Origin: Rhynchopus sp. YZ270_cl-10
Lineage: Eukaryota
Assembly (NCBI GenBank): GCA_964035575.1
Contig: OZ037833.1
Coordinates: forward strand, 806,001 to 870,000
Reading direction: 5' to 3'
DNA length: 64,000 bases
The notes beneath the pieces are model-generated. The model was not told the DNA's origin. It was given only the letters and a program-made list of their open reading frames with translations, and made no database searches. The position numbers and the translations under genes are program-made. Below, in pieces: positions 1 to 15,000 of this stretch (position 1 is its first letter; every line of letters begins with the position of its first letter).

Positions 1-2
1 GC

Positions 3-3000
3 TAGGGGGCGGAGGGCCAGGTTCTGGCGTGCGACGGCCGTGTGTGTGAGCTGGGGGGTCAGCAGACGTGGGCTTTCCTGGTTGTCGCAGAGTGGGGGCG
101 AGTGCGCAACGATACTAGTTGAGGAACGTGTCCGTGCGCGTGTCGTGCACCAATAGTCATTCACGGAGCTGGCCCACGAGCGTCCCTGCAACGTGGGCTC
201 GCCCCTCGGGAAGTACGGCCCACCCGACAGGCTGTCGTGCGTGAAGGACGGGTTCCCTGTCGATGTCTCTGCCTCTTCCACCAGGTCCGCCACACACTTC
301 GGTCGACCCCACAGCGATTCCCTTATCACCAGCTCTGGCTCGTGCTCTTTGCTTGGAGACGGCTGGTTCCACTCACGCTGCGGTGGTGTGCTGAGTGGTG
401 TGTACGCCGTCTTCGGGCCGCACCAGAGGTCGTTGACGGAACTCGTCCATGTGCGTCCGCGCAGGATAGGGCGTGGCGGGGTGTCGGCTAGGCTGCGTGT
501 GTCCGTGCTCTCCTCCTGTGTGGAGTCGGCGACGGTCGCAGGTCTGCCCCACATAGCCTCCTGCGCAACAAGCTCGCTTTGCGGTGCAGCCGCAGCAGCG
601 TCCTGTGCCCACACCTGCGCCTCCAGCACCTCTGCACGTTGCACAACACTGCGCAGCTCAGCCTCCAACACCTCTGCACGCTGTGCCTGCTCTGCAGCCT
701 CCTGGCGTGCGTCGTGCACAGCCTGCCGCAGGGCCTCCAGCTCGCTGTCCACTTCATCGCCTGCATACGACTCGCGAGGGGAGTGACTGCGCCAGGCAAG
801 ACCCTCCAGGTGCAGGGGCGGCACTGCAGATGCGTCACGGCTGACTGAGCGGGGTGTCGGTGTGTGCACGTCGTCACACGCAGACTCGTCGGACACATCG
901 CCTCCGGTCGCCTGCTGCACCACAGTACCGCTGACTGAATGCAGCACACCCAACGGAGAATCCGTCTGTGCAGTAGTGTGCCAACGTGTCGATTCAACAT
1001 CAACACGTTGGCGCAGGTTCTGCTGCTGTGCCTCCTGTCCATGCAGCGACACAACCTCCACCTCTTCGTCAACGTCAAGGTGGGTAACGTCAGTCTGCGT
1101 ATGTGACATACTCGTTGTGCATGCATCTCTCACGGCAACTGTCTGTGCATGCACTCCTGCTCCATCGTGGATCACTGGACAGCTCCATTCCCACTCATGT
1201 GCGCACAGCGCTGGTGTGCCTTCCAAGGAAACACCAGGCTGTGCAGTGGTGTGCTCTGCAGACTGCTGTTCATGCTGCACAGTGGTATGTTCCGTCGCCA
1301 CCAGGCTTGTTGCCATAAGCGGCAAGACGGTAGCTGTCTGGTCAACATCATGTCCGTCATGTGGAGGTACCTCAGCAGTTGTGCTGTCTGGGAACACAGC
1401 AGATTCCTGGTGTACTGCCACAAGCTCTGACGGAGAGATGCTGTCCACTTCATCAGCAGGCTGTGCAGTGCTGTGCTCTGCAGACACAAGCTTCGTCCTC
1501 AACGTACCAAGCCACTCTTCTTGACTGAGGAGGACAGGCACCTCACCCTTGGGAGGCGCAGCACCCACACGCAGGATCACAACAGCCATGTCTTCCACAG
1601 AAAGGGGACGTGTGTGGCTCCACTCACGGTCAAGGAGTGTCTCGCAGTCGTCTTCAGTAGCAGCGCTGTCAGCGAATATAGCATGTTCGTGCGATGTTGC
1701 CACAAGCTCTGAACCAGTTGTAGCACCAGCAGGCTGTGCAGTGCTGTGCTCTACGAGGCGTGTTATAGAGTCGGCTTCGTGCTCAGGAGTCACAACAGCA
1801 GGTGTGTCGCTCGAGGTGGGCACGTGTTCGGGTGTGCCTTCCACGGAAGCACCATCAGCAGGCTGTGCAGTGCTGTGCTCAACTGACACAAGTCCTGTCT
1901 GCAAAGGCAGAGCATGTCCATGAGATGCTGCCACAAGCTCTGAACGAGTCTCGCTATCCACTTCATCAGCAGGCTGTGCAGTGCTGTGCTCTGCAGACAC
2001 AAGCTTCGTCCTCAACGTACCAAGCCACTCTTCTTGACTGAGGAGGACAGGCACCTCACCCTTGGGAGGTGCAGCACCCACACGCAGGATCACAACAGCC
2101 ATGTCTTCCACAGAAAGGGGACGTGTGTGGCTCCACTCACGGTCAAGGAGTGTCTCGCAGTCGTCCACGTTGTTTAGTGTGTCAAGTACTGATGGAGAGT
2201 CAGTGCCCGCTTCCATAGCAGGCTGTGCGGTGCTGTGTTCCACTGAGACTAGGTGCGTACGTGCTGGTAAAACGTCAGTTGCATTGGCAGGCAACGTAGC
2301 ATCAGTGCTGTGTTCCGCAGCAACAAAGTCCTCTTGCTCTTGTGCCCCTGACACACTGCTGTCTGGTTCAGCAGGCTGTGCAGTGGTGTGTTCAACTGAC
2401 TCAAGATGTGTCGAATGTTCTGCAGGTCTGTGCTCAGAAATCGTGCTGGTCACATCATCACCATCAACGGTTGTCTGAAGCTGCTGCAACACAGTTGTCT
2501 CTGCACCCTGAAGACTCACACTGCTGGTGGATGTCTGCGGCAGCAACAAGGAAGAGTCAGCTTCGTGTTCAGGAGTCACAACAGCAGGTGCGTCGCTCGA
2601 GGTGGGCACGTGTTCGGGTGTGCCTTCCAAGGAAGCACCATCAGCAGGCTGTGCAGTGCTGTGCTCTGCAGACACAAGCTTCGTCCTCAACGTACCAAGC
2701 CACTCTTCTTGACTGAGGAGGACAGGCACCTCACCCTTGGGAGGCGCAGCACCCACACGCAGGATCACAACAGCCATGTCTTCCACAGAAAGGGGACGTG
2801 TGTGGCTCCACTCACGGTCAAGGAGTGTCTCGCAGTCGTCTTCAGTAGCAGCGCTGTCAGCGAATATAGCATGTTCGTACGATGTTGCCACAAGCTCTGA
2901 ACCAGCTGTAGCACCAGCAGGCTGTGCAGTGCTGTGCTCCATAACTACGAGGTGTGTTGCGCGCACATCTGGCACACCATCTTCAGCTTGAGACCCACGT

Positions 3001-6000
3001 GCAAGATCTTCGCCTTCCTGCAGTGCAGCATCAGGATCACCACTTGCAGTCGACACGTTCGCGCTGTCAGGCTCCTCACTCTCAAACTCGTGCACAGCAA
3101 GGTCCACAGGCTCTGTCGTGTGAACTGTGAGTGTGTCGTCTTCTTGGACAGCATCCCTGCTGAGGGGCTGACTCGACTCCCAGTGATGCACACTCAGGGC
3201 CACGTCGTCGTACGAAGCTCTGCGCACTTCGGGTTCCCCCTGGTGCACAGAAGGTGCATCGCCTGGCTGCGGCACTGCTTCCTCTTCCGTAAACACGCTG
3301 GCGCCAACATCCCTACTGCGTGGGGATGTGGAAGCATGCTCCTCAAAAAACAGGTGGGGCAGCACGGCGTCTCCTTCCAATGATGGTGTTCCATCTTCGC
3401 CTACGCAACACGTCTGTGCAGCAGTGGACTCAACGAAAACACGCTCACGCAGGTTCTGCTGCTGTACCTCCTGTCCATGCAGCGACACACTCGATTCACT
3501 GGGAGAGCGCGCACGCGTGTCGTGCCCTGCAGGTGGCACAGGTGCAACGTCGTCACTGGAGGTGCTTGAGGCAGAAGCAACAAACTCTCTCCTGCGCTGG
3601 CGATGCTCTGCCGTCCGCTCCTCGAGTACGTGCTTCCACATCGATCCTGTCGACACAGAGGATGGCGACTGTGGCACGTTCTGTGACGATGTTGTGCCCT
3701 TCAGCTCAACACCTGTACGTTGCACAACACTGCGCAGCTCAGCCTCCAACACCTCTGCACGCTGTGCCTGCTCTGCAGCCTCCTGGCGTGCGTCGTGCAC
3801 AGCCTGCCGCAGGGCCTCCAGCTCGCTGTCCACTTCATCGCCTTCATAAGCGTGCTGTGGGCTTGCATAACGCCACGAGCCTCCCTCAAGGCACACTGCT
3901 GGCGCACTGGCACACGACTGCGGCGAAGTGGCAACAAAGGTCGCTTCACGGATCAACGAAAGCGCTTCTGGCGACACGTGCCCACTGCGAACAAGGTCCA
4001 GCACACACTGCAGAAGGGTGTCGGCATCCTGTGGCACGCTTGAAGCATGCGCGTGTCCCAAGAGAACAGGACAGTCGTGCGATGTGTGCAAGCTCCCCTC
4101 TCTTGATGTACGACTGTGCGGCTCATCACCATCTTCATCTTGAGACCCACGTGCAAGATCTTCGCCTTCCTGCAGTGCAGCATCAGGATCACCACTTGCA
4201 GTCGACACGTTCGCGCTGTCAGGCTCCTCACTCTCAAACTCGTGCACAGCAAGGTCCACAGGCTCTGTCTTGTGAACTGTGAGTGTGTCGTCTTCACCAT
4301 TCACAACCGAAGTGTCTGGTTCATGTGTCACATGCTCGGAACGTTCATCAGCAACAGTTGTCTGCAGCTGCTGCGACACAGTCGTCTCTGCACCCTGAAG
4401 ACTCACACTGCTGGTGGATGTCTGCGGCAGCAACAAGGAAGAGTCGGCTTCGTGTTCAGGAGTCACAACAGCAGGTGCGTCGCTCGAGGTGGGCACGTGT
4501 TCGGGTGTGCCTTCTAAAGAGGCATCATCAGTGCGCTCCGCCACGGACATCACTTCTGCACTGCTGTGCTCCGGGAAGCTTGAGTCACTCTTGGACACGT
4601 CGTCGCCTGCTGCAGCTGCGACAAGCTGGGGTGGGTGCTGCACTGGGGACTGCAGCGACCGTGGTGTGGCGGTGCCAAAGTCGCTGCCGAAGAGAGGCGA
4701 CTGGCGGACTGCGGTGTTGGTGGGACTGGGCGAGGCGCTGAGTGTGCCTGAGACACGCCGGACAAGGTTGTAGCACTCTTCGCGTAGACGGTGCATCTCG
4801 TCCTCGATCTCCTGTGTGTCGTAGGGCACGTGGCTCTGCTTGGAGCCCCACTCCGTCGCCACGAGGTCCACACTCGTGGAGGCACCGCTCTGCACAGCCA
4901 CAGAGAGCGTGTCGTGCCCTGCCCACGTCAGCCCCGTCTGTGTCATCGTGTGCACCCCCGCCTCGTGCCTCATCGCAAGCACAGTCTGCGTGCGCTCCAT
5001 CAACTCCGTGCACTCCTCTCGCAGACGTTCCGCAGACGTCGCGTCAGCAGAGCTTTGCTGCGAGGTCTGGTCATGGTGGCGTGGTAGTGGTGACTTGCAG
5101 TGCTGCCACTCCCAGCCCGTCGCACGCAGTGTAGGTGCTGTGCCATGCTGTGTGCCGACATCGCGTGTGCACGGTGCGGCAGTGTCGGCGGGGGGCAGCT
5201 GTGCATGCATCATGTCGACCTCACCTGCCAGTCGGACACAGGTGCTGCGTAGTTCCTGCACGTCGTGCACGGGTACGTAGGTTGTGTCCAGGTCGCGTGC
5301 CCAACTCCATTCGAAGACAGTCAATACGACCTCTGGGTCATGCTCAGAGGATGTGTCGTGCTGTCCCGTGATGTGCGTGTCTGACGAGAGTGCAAAGCTA
5401 GACACCGCATCGCCGTTCCTATGTGCGGCGAGATACTCCATGTTGTCCTGAGGGATGTGCATCGTTGTCTCGCTCGTGTTCAGTGTGAGTGCAGGCTGTG
5501 CGGTGTCGCGCTCAACTGGAACAAGGGATGTCGGCGCTGGTGCCCCCGTGGTTGTGTTGTCAGGGGATAACCCATGCTCGTGTGCAAGTTCAGCAGGGTA
5601 TTGGATATCCACTTCATCAGCAGGTTGTGCAGTGCTGTGCTCTGCAGACACAAGCTTCGTCCTCAACGTACCAAGCCACTCTCCTTGACTGAGGAGGACA
5701 GGCACCTCACCCTTGGGAGGTGCAGCACCCACACGCAGGATCACAACAGCCATGTCTTCCACAGAAAGGGGACGTGTGTGGCTCCACTCACGGTCAAGGA
5801 GTGTCTCGCAGTCGTCCACGTTGTTTAGTGTGTCAAGTACTGATGGAGAGTCAGTGCCCGCTTCCATAGCAGGCTGTGCGGTGCTGTGTTCCACTGAGAC
5901 TAGGTGTGTACGTGCTGGTAAAACGTCAGTTGCATTGGCAGGCAACGTAGCATCGGTGCTGTGTTCCGCAGCAACAAACCTTGTTACGTGCAGGACGCTC

Positions 6001-9000
6001 GCTTCAGCATCTTCAGCTTGAGACCTACGCGCAAGATCTCCCCTTTCCACAGGCTCCGTCTTTTGAACCGCGGGTGTGTCGTCTTCACCATTCACAACCG
6101 AAGTGCCTGGTTCATGTGTCTCGCTCATGAGCTCGGAACGTGCGCCAGCAACGGTTGTCTGAGGATTCTGCAACACAGTTGTCTCTGCACCCTGAAGACT
6201 CACACTGCTGGTGGATGTCTGCGGCAGCAACAAGGAAGAGTCAGCTTCGTGTTCAGGAGTCACAACAGCAGGTGCGTCGCTCGAAGTGGGCACGTGTTGG
6301 GGTGTGCCTTCCAAGGAAGCACCATCAGCAGGCTGTGCAGTGGTGTGTTCTGCAAAAGTCACTGATTTGTGTTCCACTGACTCAAGTCCTACAGATTGTG
6401 AAGCCACGAGTTCCTGGCCAGCAAGACTCACTGTTGTGCCATCCTGTGCAACGTTTGCTACAGACTCAGTTGCTTCCAACACAGTGACATCGGCAGGTTG
6501 TGTAGTGTTGTGCTCAACTGACTCAAGGCTTGCTTCTTGTTGCAAAGTCACATCATCAGTTGTGCTGTCAGGGAACACTGCATGTTCATGCGATGTTGCC
6601 GCAAGCTGTGAACGAGCGTAGCTCTTTACTGCAGGCTGTGCATCCTCCTTACCCTGCATGGCAAAGCTTCTGTCTGTTGGCATAACTCCGTCGTTGCCGT
6701 GCACGAGAGCAGAGGAAGACAATGCATCGGTTTGCACTGCACACGACACAGTTGCAACACCTGTGTTGCTCGTGGCACGGCTCTCTGGGCGGTTCCACTG
6801 CCTCTGCCGCGAATACAGCACGACAGTTGAGAGTGTTGCTGTGAGACGTGCGTCCTCACCCCGAATGTCCGTAGGCTGCTCTGCAGCGGACACCTCAAGC
6901 ACCGGACTGTACCCTGTCGCAGCAGGCTGTGCACTGCTGTGCTCAACTCCCATGAGAAGTGTCGCAGGCTGCGAAGGCAAAACAGCAGCGGAAGGTGGAG
7001 ATGGAACATACTCGCGTGATACAGGCGGAAGAGAGTCAGTGTCGGCAGGCTGTGCCGTGCTGTGTCCCACAAACCTTGTAACGTGCAGTACGCTCGCGTC
7101 ATCATCTTTAGTGAGTGTGTCGTCTTCACCCTTCACAACCGAGGTGTCTCGTGCATGTGTCCCGCTCAGAATGTGCTCGGAACGTGCATCAGCAACGGTT
7201 GTCTGAAGCTGCGACACTGTCGTCTCTGCACCCACAAGCTCCATGCCGTTGCCATCCTGTGTCACACTCCTGCCTTCAACTGACACTTCCGGTACAGTGG
7301 CATCAGCAGGCTGTGAAGTGGTGTGTTCTGCAGACACAAGACTTGGTGCGGGCTGCGATGGCAAAACCTCAGTTGTCTCGTCAACGGTGTCGGAACGTGG
7401 TTTCTCAGTTGTGCCAGGGGACACAGCATGCTCGTGCGAGGCTGCTACAAGCTCTGAACGAGAGGCACTGTCTGGTTCAGCAGGCTGTGCAGTGTTGTGC
7501 TCAACTGACTCAAAGATTGTCGAATGTTCTGCAGGTCTGTGCTCAGAAATCGTGCTGGTCACATCAACACCATCAACGGTTGTCTGAAGCTGCTGCAACA
7601 CAGTCGTCTCTGCACCCTGAAGACTCACACTGCTGGTGGATGTCTGCGGCAGCAACAAGGAAGAGTCAGCTTCGTGTTCAGGAGTCACAACAGCAGGTGT
7701 GTCGCTCGAGGTGGGCACGTGTTGGGGTGTGCCTTCCAAGGAAGCACCATCAGCAGGCTGTGCAGTGGTGTGTTCTGCAAAAGTCACTGATTTGTGTTCC
7801 ACTGACTCAAGTCCTACAGATTGTGAAACTACAAGTTCCTGGCCTGCAAGACTCACTGCAGCACCGTCCAGTGCGTTTGCTGTGGACTCAGTTGCTTCCA
7901 ACACAGTGGCATCAGCAGGCTGTGCAGTGTTGTGCTCAACTGACCCAAGCCCTGCCTGCAAGGGCACATCATCAGCTGTGCTGTCAGGTGACACAGCATG
8001 TTCATGTGATGCTGCCACAAGATCTGAACGAGTCTCGCTGTCCACTTCATCAGCAGGTTGTGCAGTGCTGTGCTCTGCAGACACAAGCTTCGTCCTCAAC
8101 GTACCAAGCCACTCTTCTTGACTGAGGAGGACAGGCACCTCACCCTTGGGAGGCGCAGCACCCACACGCAGGATCACAACAGCCATGTCCTCCACAGAAA
8201 GGGGACGTGTGTGGCTCCACTCACGGCCAAGCAAAAGCGTCTCCGGGCCCTCCAGGTAGTTGCGGATAGCGCTCATGCTTGCGTTGTAGTCATCCTCGCT
8301 CTGCGGGTCTTGGGTGTGCTGCCTTCTGAACTGACTCTCGAGCCAGGCGAGACGCTCCTCCACTGAGCCCTTCCACACACCACTGCTGTCCATTCCTTGG
8401 GCTACGACATGTGTCCGCTCGTGCGTGGTTAGTTTCTCGGGTGCATCTGCCACCAGGGACTGCAGGTACTCCACATCCGCCGTCTCCGAGAGCAGAAAGC
8501 TACGGTCATCTTCTGATCCTTCCACACCTACATCTGCAGGTAGCCCCGCATGCAGTGTCCCCTCTAGCAAATGCTCCGGCGATACGCGAGACGCTCGGAT
8601 TTCTTCAGAACGTTGCAAAACGGTCCCTGCACCCTGCGCCCTAGTGTCTGTCTGCGGCAGCAAAAATGGAGAGTAGTCCCCACGCACAGAGGTCGCAATA
8701 GGTGTAGCAACGGAAGGCTCCCGTTGGGGTGTGCCTTCCAAGGCAACACCATCAGCAGGGTGTGCAGTGGTGTGCTCTGCAGATGCGAGAATCGTTGCAG
8801 CGAGTGGTGGCGAACCATGTCCTGTCTGGGAAGCGTTGTCGGAACGTGGAGTCTCAGCAGCTGGGCTGCCAGGGGACACAGCATGCTCGTGGTGTGCAGA
8901 GGAGGCACCGTCTGCTTCAGCAGCAGGCTGTGCACTGCCGTGCTCCGCAGCAACAAGGCTTGTGACGTCCTCCTGTCCTCCTGACACACAGCTGTCTGCA

Positions 9001-12000
9001 TCATCCACATGCTCTGCAGGTCTGTGCTCAGAAGGCGTGCTCTGGGTCACTTCTGTTCCTTCAATAAGCGGCTGAAGTTGTTGCACCACAGTCGTCTCTG
9101 CACCTTCAAGACTCACTGCAGCACTGTCCAGTACGTTTGTTGTGGACTCAGTTGCTTCCAACACAGTGGCATCAGCAGGCTGTGCAGTGTTGTGCTCAAC
9201 TGACTCAAGGCTTGTTGCGGGTTGCGAAGGCACATCATCAGCTGTGCTGTCAGGGAACACAGCATGTTCATGTGATGCTGCAACAAGCTCTGAGCGAGTC
9301 TCGCTGTCTGCTTCAGAAGCAGGCTGTGCTGTGTGCTCCGCAAGCGTTGCGTTCGTCACGTCTGCAGTGTCTGTTGTCTGAAGCTGCTGCAACACAGTTG
9401 TCTCTGCACCCTGAAGACTCACACTGCTGGTGGATGTCTGCGGCAGCAACAAGGAAGAGTCGGCTTCGTGTTCAGGAGTCACAACAGCAGGTGTGTCGCT
9501 CGAGGTGGGCACGTGTTCGGGTGTGCCTTCCACGGAAGCACCATCAGCAGGCTGTGCGGTGGTGTGCTCTGCAGACACAAGGCTTGTAGCAGACTGCGAA
9601 GGCAAAACGTCAGTTGTTTCGTCGGTGTTGTCAGAACGTGGCTTCTCAGCAGCTGTGCTGTCAGGTGAGAGAGCATGTTCGTGGTGCACTGCCACAAGCT
9701 CTGAACGAGTCTCGCCGTCCATTTCAGCAGCAGGCTGTGCAGTGCCGTGCTCAACTGACTCAAGGCTTGTTGAATGTTCTGCAGGTCTGTGCTCAGAAGT
9801 AATGCTGGTCACATCATCACCATCAACGGTTGTCTGAAGCTGCTGCAACACAGTTGTCTCTGCACCCTGAAGACTCACACTGCTGGTGGATGTCTGCGGC
9901 AGCAACAAGGAAGAGTCAGCTTCGTGTTCAGGAGTCACAACAGCAGGTGCGTCGCACGAGGTGGGCACGTGTTCGGGTGTGCCTTCCAAGGAAGCACCAT
10001 CGGCAGGTTGTGCAGTGCTGTACTCTGCAGACACAAGGCTTGTTCCATCCTGCGCTGACACTTGCTCAGGGGTGCGGATGCCTTGCAGGGCACCGTCCTC
10101 TGAAGCAGGGAGACTAGTCGTTCTATCCTCGTTGACTGTAATGGACGTCCCCGTGGCAACAACGGCGTTCACCTGAGCAACTGCCCCTTCCAGACCTTCA
10201 GTGGCACCCGGGCTTACATCTCTATCGTAGACCACAGCAGCTGGTGTCGAGGGAGACGTTGCAAATGTTGGCGGCGAAGTGGCAACAAAAGTCGCTTCAC
10301 GGATCAACGAAAGCGCTTCTGGCGACACGTGCCCACTGCGCACAAGGTCCAGCACACACTGCAGAAGGGTGTCGGCATCCTGTGGCACGCTTGAAGCATG
10401 CGCGTGTCCCAAGAGAACAGGACAGTCGTGCGATGTGTGCAAGCACCCCTCTCTTGACGTACGACTGTGCGGCTCATCACCATCTTCAGCTTGAGACCCG
10501 CGTGCAAGATCTTCGCCTTCCTGCAGACTCTCAAACTCGTGCACAGCAAGGTCCACAGGCTCTGTCGTGTGAACTGTGAGTGTGTCGTCTTCACCATTCA
10601 CAACCGAAGTGTCTGGTTCATGTGTCACATGCTCGGAACGTTCATCAGCAACAGTTGTCTGCAGCTGCTGCGACACAGTCGTCTCTGCACCCACAAGATC
10701 CATGCCGTTGCCATCCTGTGTCACACTCCTGCCTTCAACTGACACTTCCGGTACAGTGGCATCAGCAGGCTGTGAAGTGTTGTGCTCTGCAGACACAAGA
10801 CTTGGTGCGGGCTGCGATGGCAAAACTTCAGTTGTCTCGTCAACGTTCTCGGAAAATGGCAACACGGGTAAGCTGTCAGAGAGCTCTGGTCGAGAGCAAC
10901 TGGCTGCTTCAGAAGCAGGCTGTAGAGTTGTGCTGTCAGGTGAGAGAGCATGCTCGTCAAGCTCTGAACGAGCGTCGCCGTCCATTTCAGCAGCAGGCTG
11001 TGCAGTGCTGTGCTCTGCAGCAACAAGGCTTGTGACGTCCTCCTGTCCTCCTGACACACAGCTGTCTGCATCATCCACATGCTCTGCAGGTCTGTGCTCA
11101 GAAGGCGTGCTCTGGGTCACTTCTGTTCCTTCAATAAGCGGCTGAAGTTGTTGCACCACAGTCGTCTCTGCACCTTCAAGACTCACTGCAGCACCGTCCA
11201 GTACGTTTGTTGTGGACTCAGTTGCTTCTAACACAGTGGAATCAGCAGGCTGTGCAGTGTTGTGCTCAACTGACTCAAGGTTTGTTGCAGGTTGCGAAGG
11301 CACATCATCAGCTGTGCTGTCAGGGAACACAGCATGTTCATGCGATGCTGCAACAAGCTCTGAACGAGTCTCGCTGTCTGCTTCAGAAGCAGGCTGTGCT
11401 GTGTGCTCTGCAAGCGTTGCGTTCGTCACGTCTGCAGTGTCTGTTGTCTGAAGCTGCTGCAACACAGTTGTCTCTGCACCCTGAAGACTCACACTGCTGG
11501 TGGATGTCTGCGGCAGCAACAAGGAAGAGTCGGCGGGTTCTTCGTGTTCAGGAGTCACAACAGCAGGTGTGTCGCTGGAGGTGGGCACGTGTTGGGGTGT
11601 GCCTTCCAAGGAAGCACCGTCAGCAGGCTGTGCAGTGCTGTGCTCTGCAGACACAAGGCTTGTTGCGGACTCTTGCTGCAAAACGTCAGTTGCCTCCTCG
11701 TCAGCATTGTCGGAACGTGGCTTCTCAGCAGTTGTGCTGCCAGGGGACACAGCATGCTCGTGGTGTGCAGAGGAGGCACCGTCTGCTTCAGCAGCAGGCT
11801 GTGCACTGCCGTGCTCCGCAGCAACAAGGCTTGTGACGTCCTCCTGTCCTCCTGACACACAGCTGTCTGCATCATCCACATGCTCTGCAGGTCTGTGCTC
11901 AGAAGGCGTGCTCTGGGACCCTTCTGTTCCTTCAATAAGCGGCTGAAGTTGTTGCACCACAGTCGTCTCTGCACCTTCAAGACTCACTGCAGCACTGTCC

Positions 12001-15000
12001 AGTACGTTTGTTGTGGACTCAGTTGCTTCCAACACAGTGGCATCAGCAGGGTGTGCAGTGTTGTGTTCCGCAGTGACGAGGCTGGCTTCTTGTTGCGAAG
12101 GTACAGACTCAACTGCACTGTGCAAGACAACCTCTGACGAATCTACACCGACGTTGTGTTCTGCAACTGAGGCACCCTCTTCTTCTTCCTCCAAATGCGT
12201 GCACACGTCGTCTGCATGATCATCGGCAGTGTCACGGTGTGTGGGCGTAGCAGTCGCTGTGTCTTGGAGAGGCAGAACAGCAACGTCGCCTTCATTGTCA
12301 CCCACGAGGGTGCACTCATGCACGCGAAGTACCACAGCACTGCCTCGCTGCTCAGGAGAGCACAACGCTGCTGTCGACTCAAAGAGCAAAGGTGCAGCCG
12401 TTGTCTCCGTCATCGTGCACGCATCGTGCCACATGTGAGGACTCTCTTCTGCATCATCGGACACGTGCGAATGCAGATAAGCTGGTGCCGAATGACCTGA
12501 GTCATCCTGTGTGTCACGTTCTCCGGCACTGCCCACGTCCACAACATGTGGTGTAGTAGCTGCGACAACTCCCTGCTGCAAATGCGCTGCTGCCTCTGTC
12601 AACTCTGCCACAGCGCCAGGAGACATCGGAGAAGCAATCGCGAGTTCCTGGCCAGCAAGACTCACTGTTGTGTCATCCTGTGCGGTGTTTGTTGTGGACT
12701 CAGTTGCTTCCAACACAGTGGCATCAGCAAGCTGTGCAGTGTTGTGCTCAACTGACTCAAGGCTTGTTGCAGGTTGCGGAGGCACATCATCAGCTGTGCT
12801 GTCAGGGAACACAGCATGTTCATGTGATGCTGAAACAAGATCTGAACGAGTCTCGCTGTCTGCTTCAGAAGCAGGCTGTGCTGTGTGCTCTGCAAGCGTT
12901 GCGTTCGTCACGTCTGCAGTGTCTGTCTGAAGTTTCTGCAACACAGTGGTCTCTGCACCCTGAAGACTCACACTGCTGGTGGATGTCTGCGGCAGCAACA
13001 AGGAAGAGTCAGCTTCGTGTTCAGGAGTCACAACAGCAGGTGTGTCGCTCGAGGTGGGCACGTGTTCTGGTGTGCCTTCCAAGGAAGCACCATCAGCAGG
13101 CTGTGCAGTGCTGTGCTCTGCAGACACAAGGCTTGTTGCATGCTCTGCAGGTCTGTGCTCAGAAATCGTGCTGGTCACATCTGCATCATCAACGGTTGTC
13201 TGAACCTGCTGCAACACATTCACAACACCTTCAAGACTCACTGCTGCGCCAGCCGGTACACTTGCTGTGGACTCAGTTGCTTCCAACACAGTGGCATCAG
13301 CAGGCTGTGCGGTGGTGTGTTCTGCAGACACAAGGCTTGTTGCGGACTGCGAAGGCAAAACGTCAGTTGTCCCGTCGGTGTTGTCAGAACGTGGCTTCTC
13401 AGCGGTTGTGCTGCCAGGTGAGAGAGCATGTTCGTGGTGCACTGCCACAAGCTCTGAACGAGTGTCGCCGTCCATTTCAGCAGCAAGCTGTGCACTGCTG
13501 TGCTCCGCAGCAACAAGGCTTGTGACGTCCTCCTGTCCTCCTGACACACAGCTGTCTGCATCATCTGCCACAGGGTGTTCCTGTACTGTGTGTGAGGCAC
13601 TTACCTTGCCAGCAAGACTCACTCCTGTTCCATGCTGTGGTGAGTTTGCTACAGACTCAGTTGCTTCCAACACAGTGGCATCAGCAGGCTGTGCAGTGTT
13701 GTGCTCAACTGACTCAAGGCTTGTTGCAGGTTGCGAAGGCACATCATCAGCTGTGCTGTCAGGGAACACAGCATGTTCATGTGATGCTGAAACAAGATCT
13801 GAACGAGTCTCGCTGTCTGCTTCAGAAGCAGGCTGTGCTGTGTGCTCCGCAAGCGTTGCGTTCGTCACGTCTGCAGTGTCTGTTGTCTGAAGCTGCTGCA
13901 ACACAGTGGTCTCTGCACCCTGAAGACTCACACTGCTGGTGGATGTCTGCGGCAGCAACAAGGAAGAGTCGGCTTCGTGCTCAGGAGTCACAACAGCAGG
14001 TGCGTCGCTCGAGGTGGGCACGTGTTCGGGTGTGCCTTCCAAGGAAGCACCGTCAGCAGGCTGTGCAGTGCTGTGCTCTGCAGACACAAGGCTTGTTGCA
14101 TGCTCTGCAGGTCTGTGCTCAGAAATCGTGCTGGTCACATCTGCATCATCAACGGTTGTCTGAACCTGCTGCAACACATTCACAACACCTTCAAGACTCA
14201 CTGCTGCGCCAGCCGGTACACTTGCTGTGGACTCAGTTGCTTCCAACACAGTGGCATCCGCATTGCTCACTAGCGTTGACAGAGCATCACCTGATGTGGC
14301 AGCAGCCGTGTCATGACCTGCAGGTTCGTCCTTGTGGTCACTTCCTGGCTCGTCCGGGGGCTTGGTATGTGGAACGTCACTGACAGTGCCGTACACGTCT
14401 GTTGATGGCGATACTGCTGTAGTAGCCACCTCTTCTGTGGTAGGGTCGTCGTGCATTGCAGGCACGACGTCGTCGTGCACGGAGACGGCAACCCTGTGCT
14501 GCGGCAGTGCAACGTCCTCAAAGGCGGGCACGTTCGCATGCACTACACCTACACCCACACCGTCGCCCACGGTCAGCGGATCGAAGAACGGATGTACCTG
14601 GTACTCAGCAAAGACGTCCGTCTGTACGCCCATATCCACAGTACACACACTGCACTGTACCTCTACGTCGTTGTACGCCTCGCGTATGAGACGTTCCTCA
14701 GTAGCACTGTCAAGAGTGACGTTCTCCGCGAACGGGGCGCAGGTGACTGCGTTGTGCTCTGACTCAATGGTGCTTGCAGGCTGCGAAGGTGCAGTGCCAG
14801 GGGACACAGCATGCTCGTGGTGTGCAGAGGAGGCACCTTCAAGACTCACTGCAGCACCGTCCAGTACGTTTGTTGTGGACTCAGTTGCTTCCAACACAGT
14901 GGCATCAGCAGGCTGTGCAGTGTTGTGCTCAACTGACTCAAGGCTTGTTGCGGGTTGCGGAGGCACATCATCAGCTGTGCTGTCAGGGAACACAGCATGT

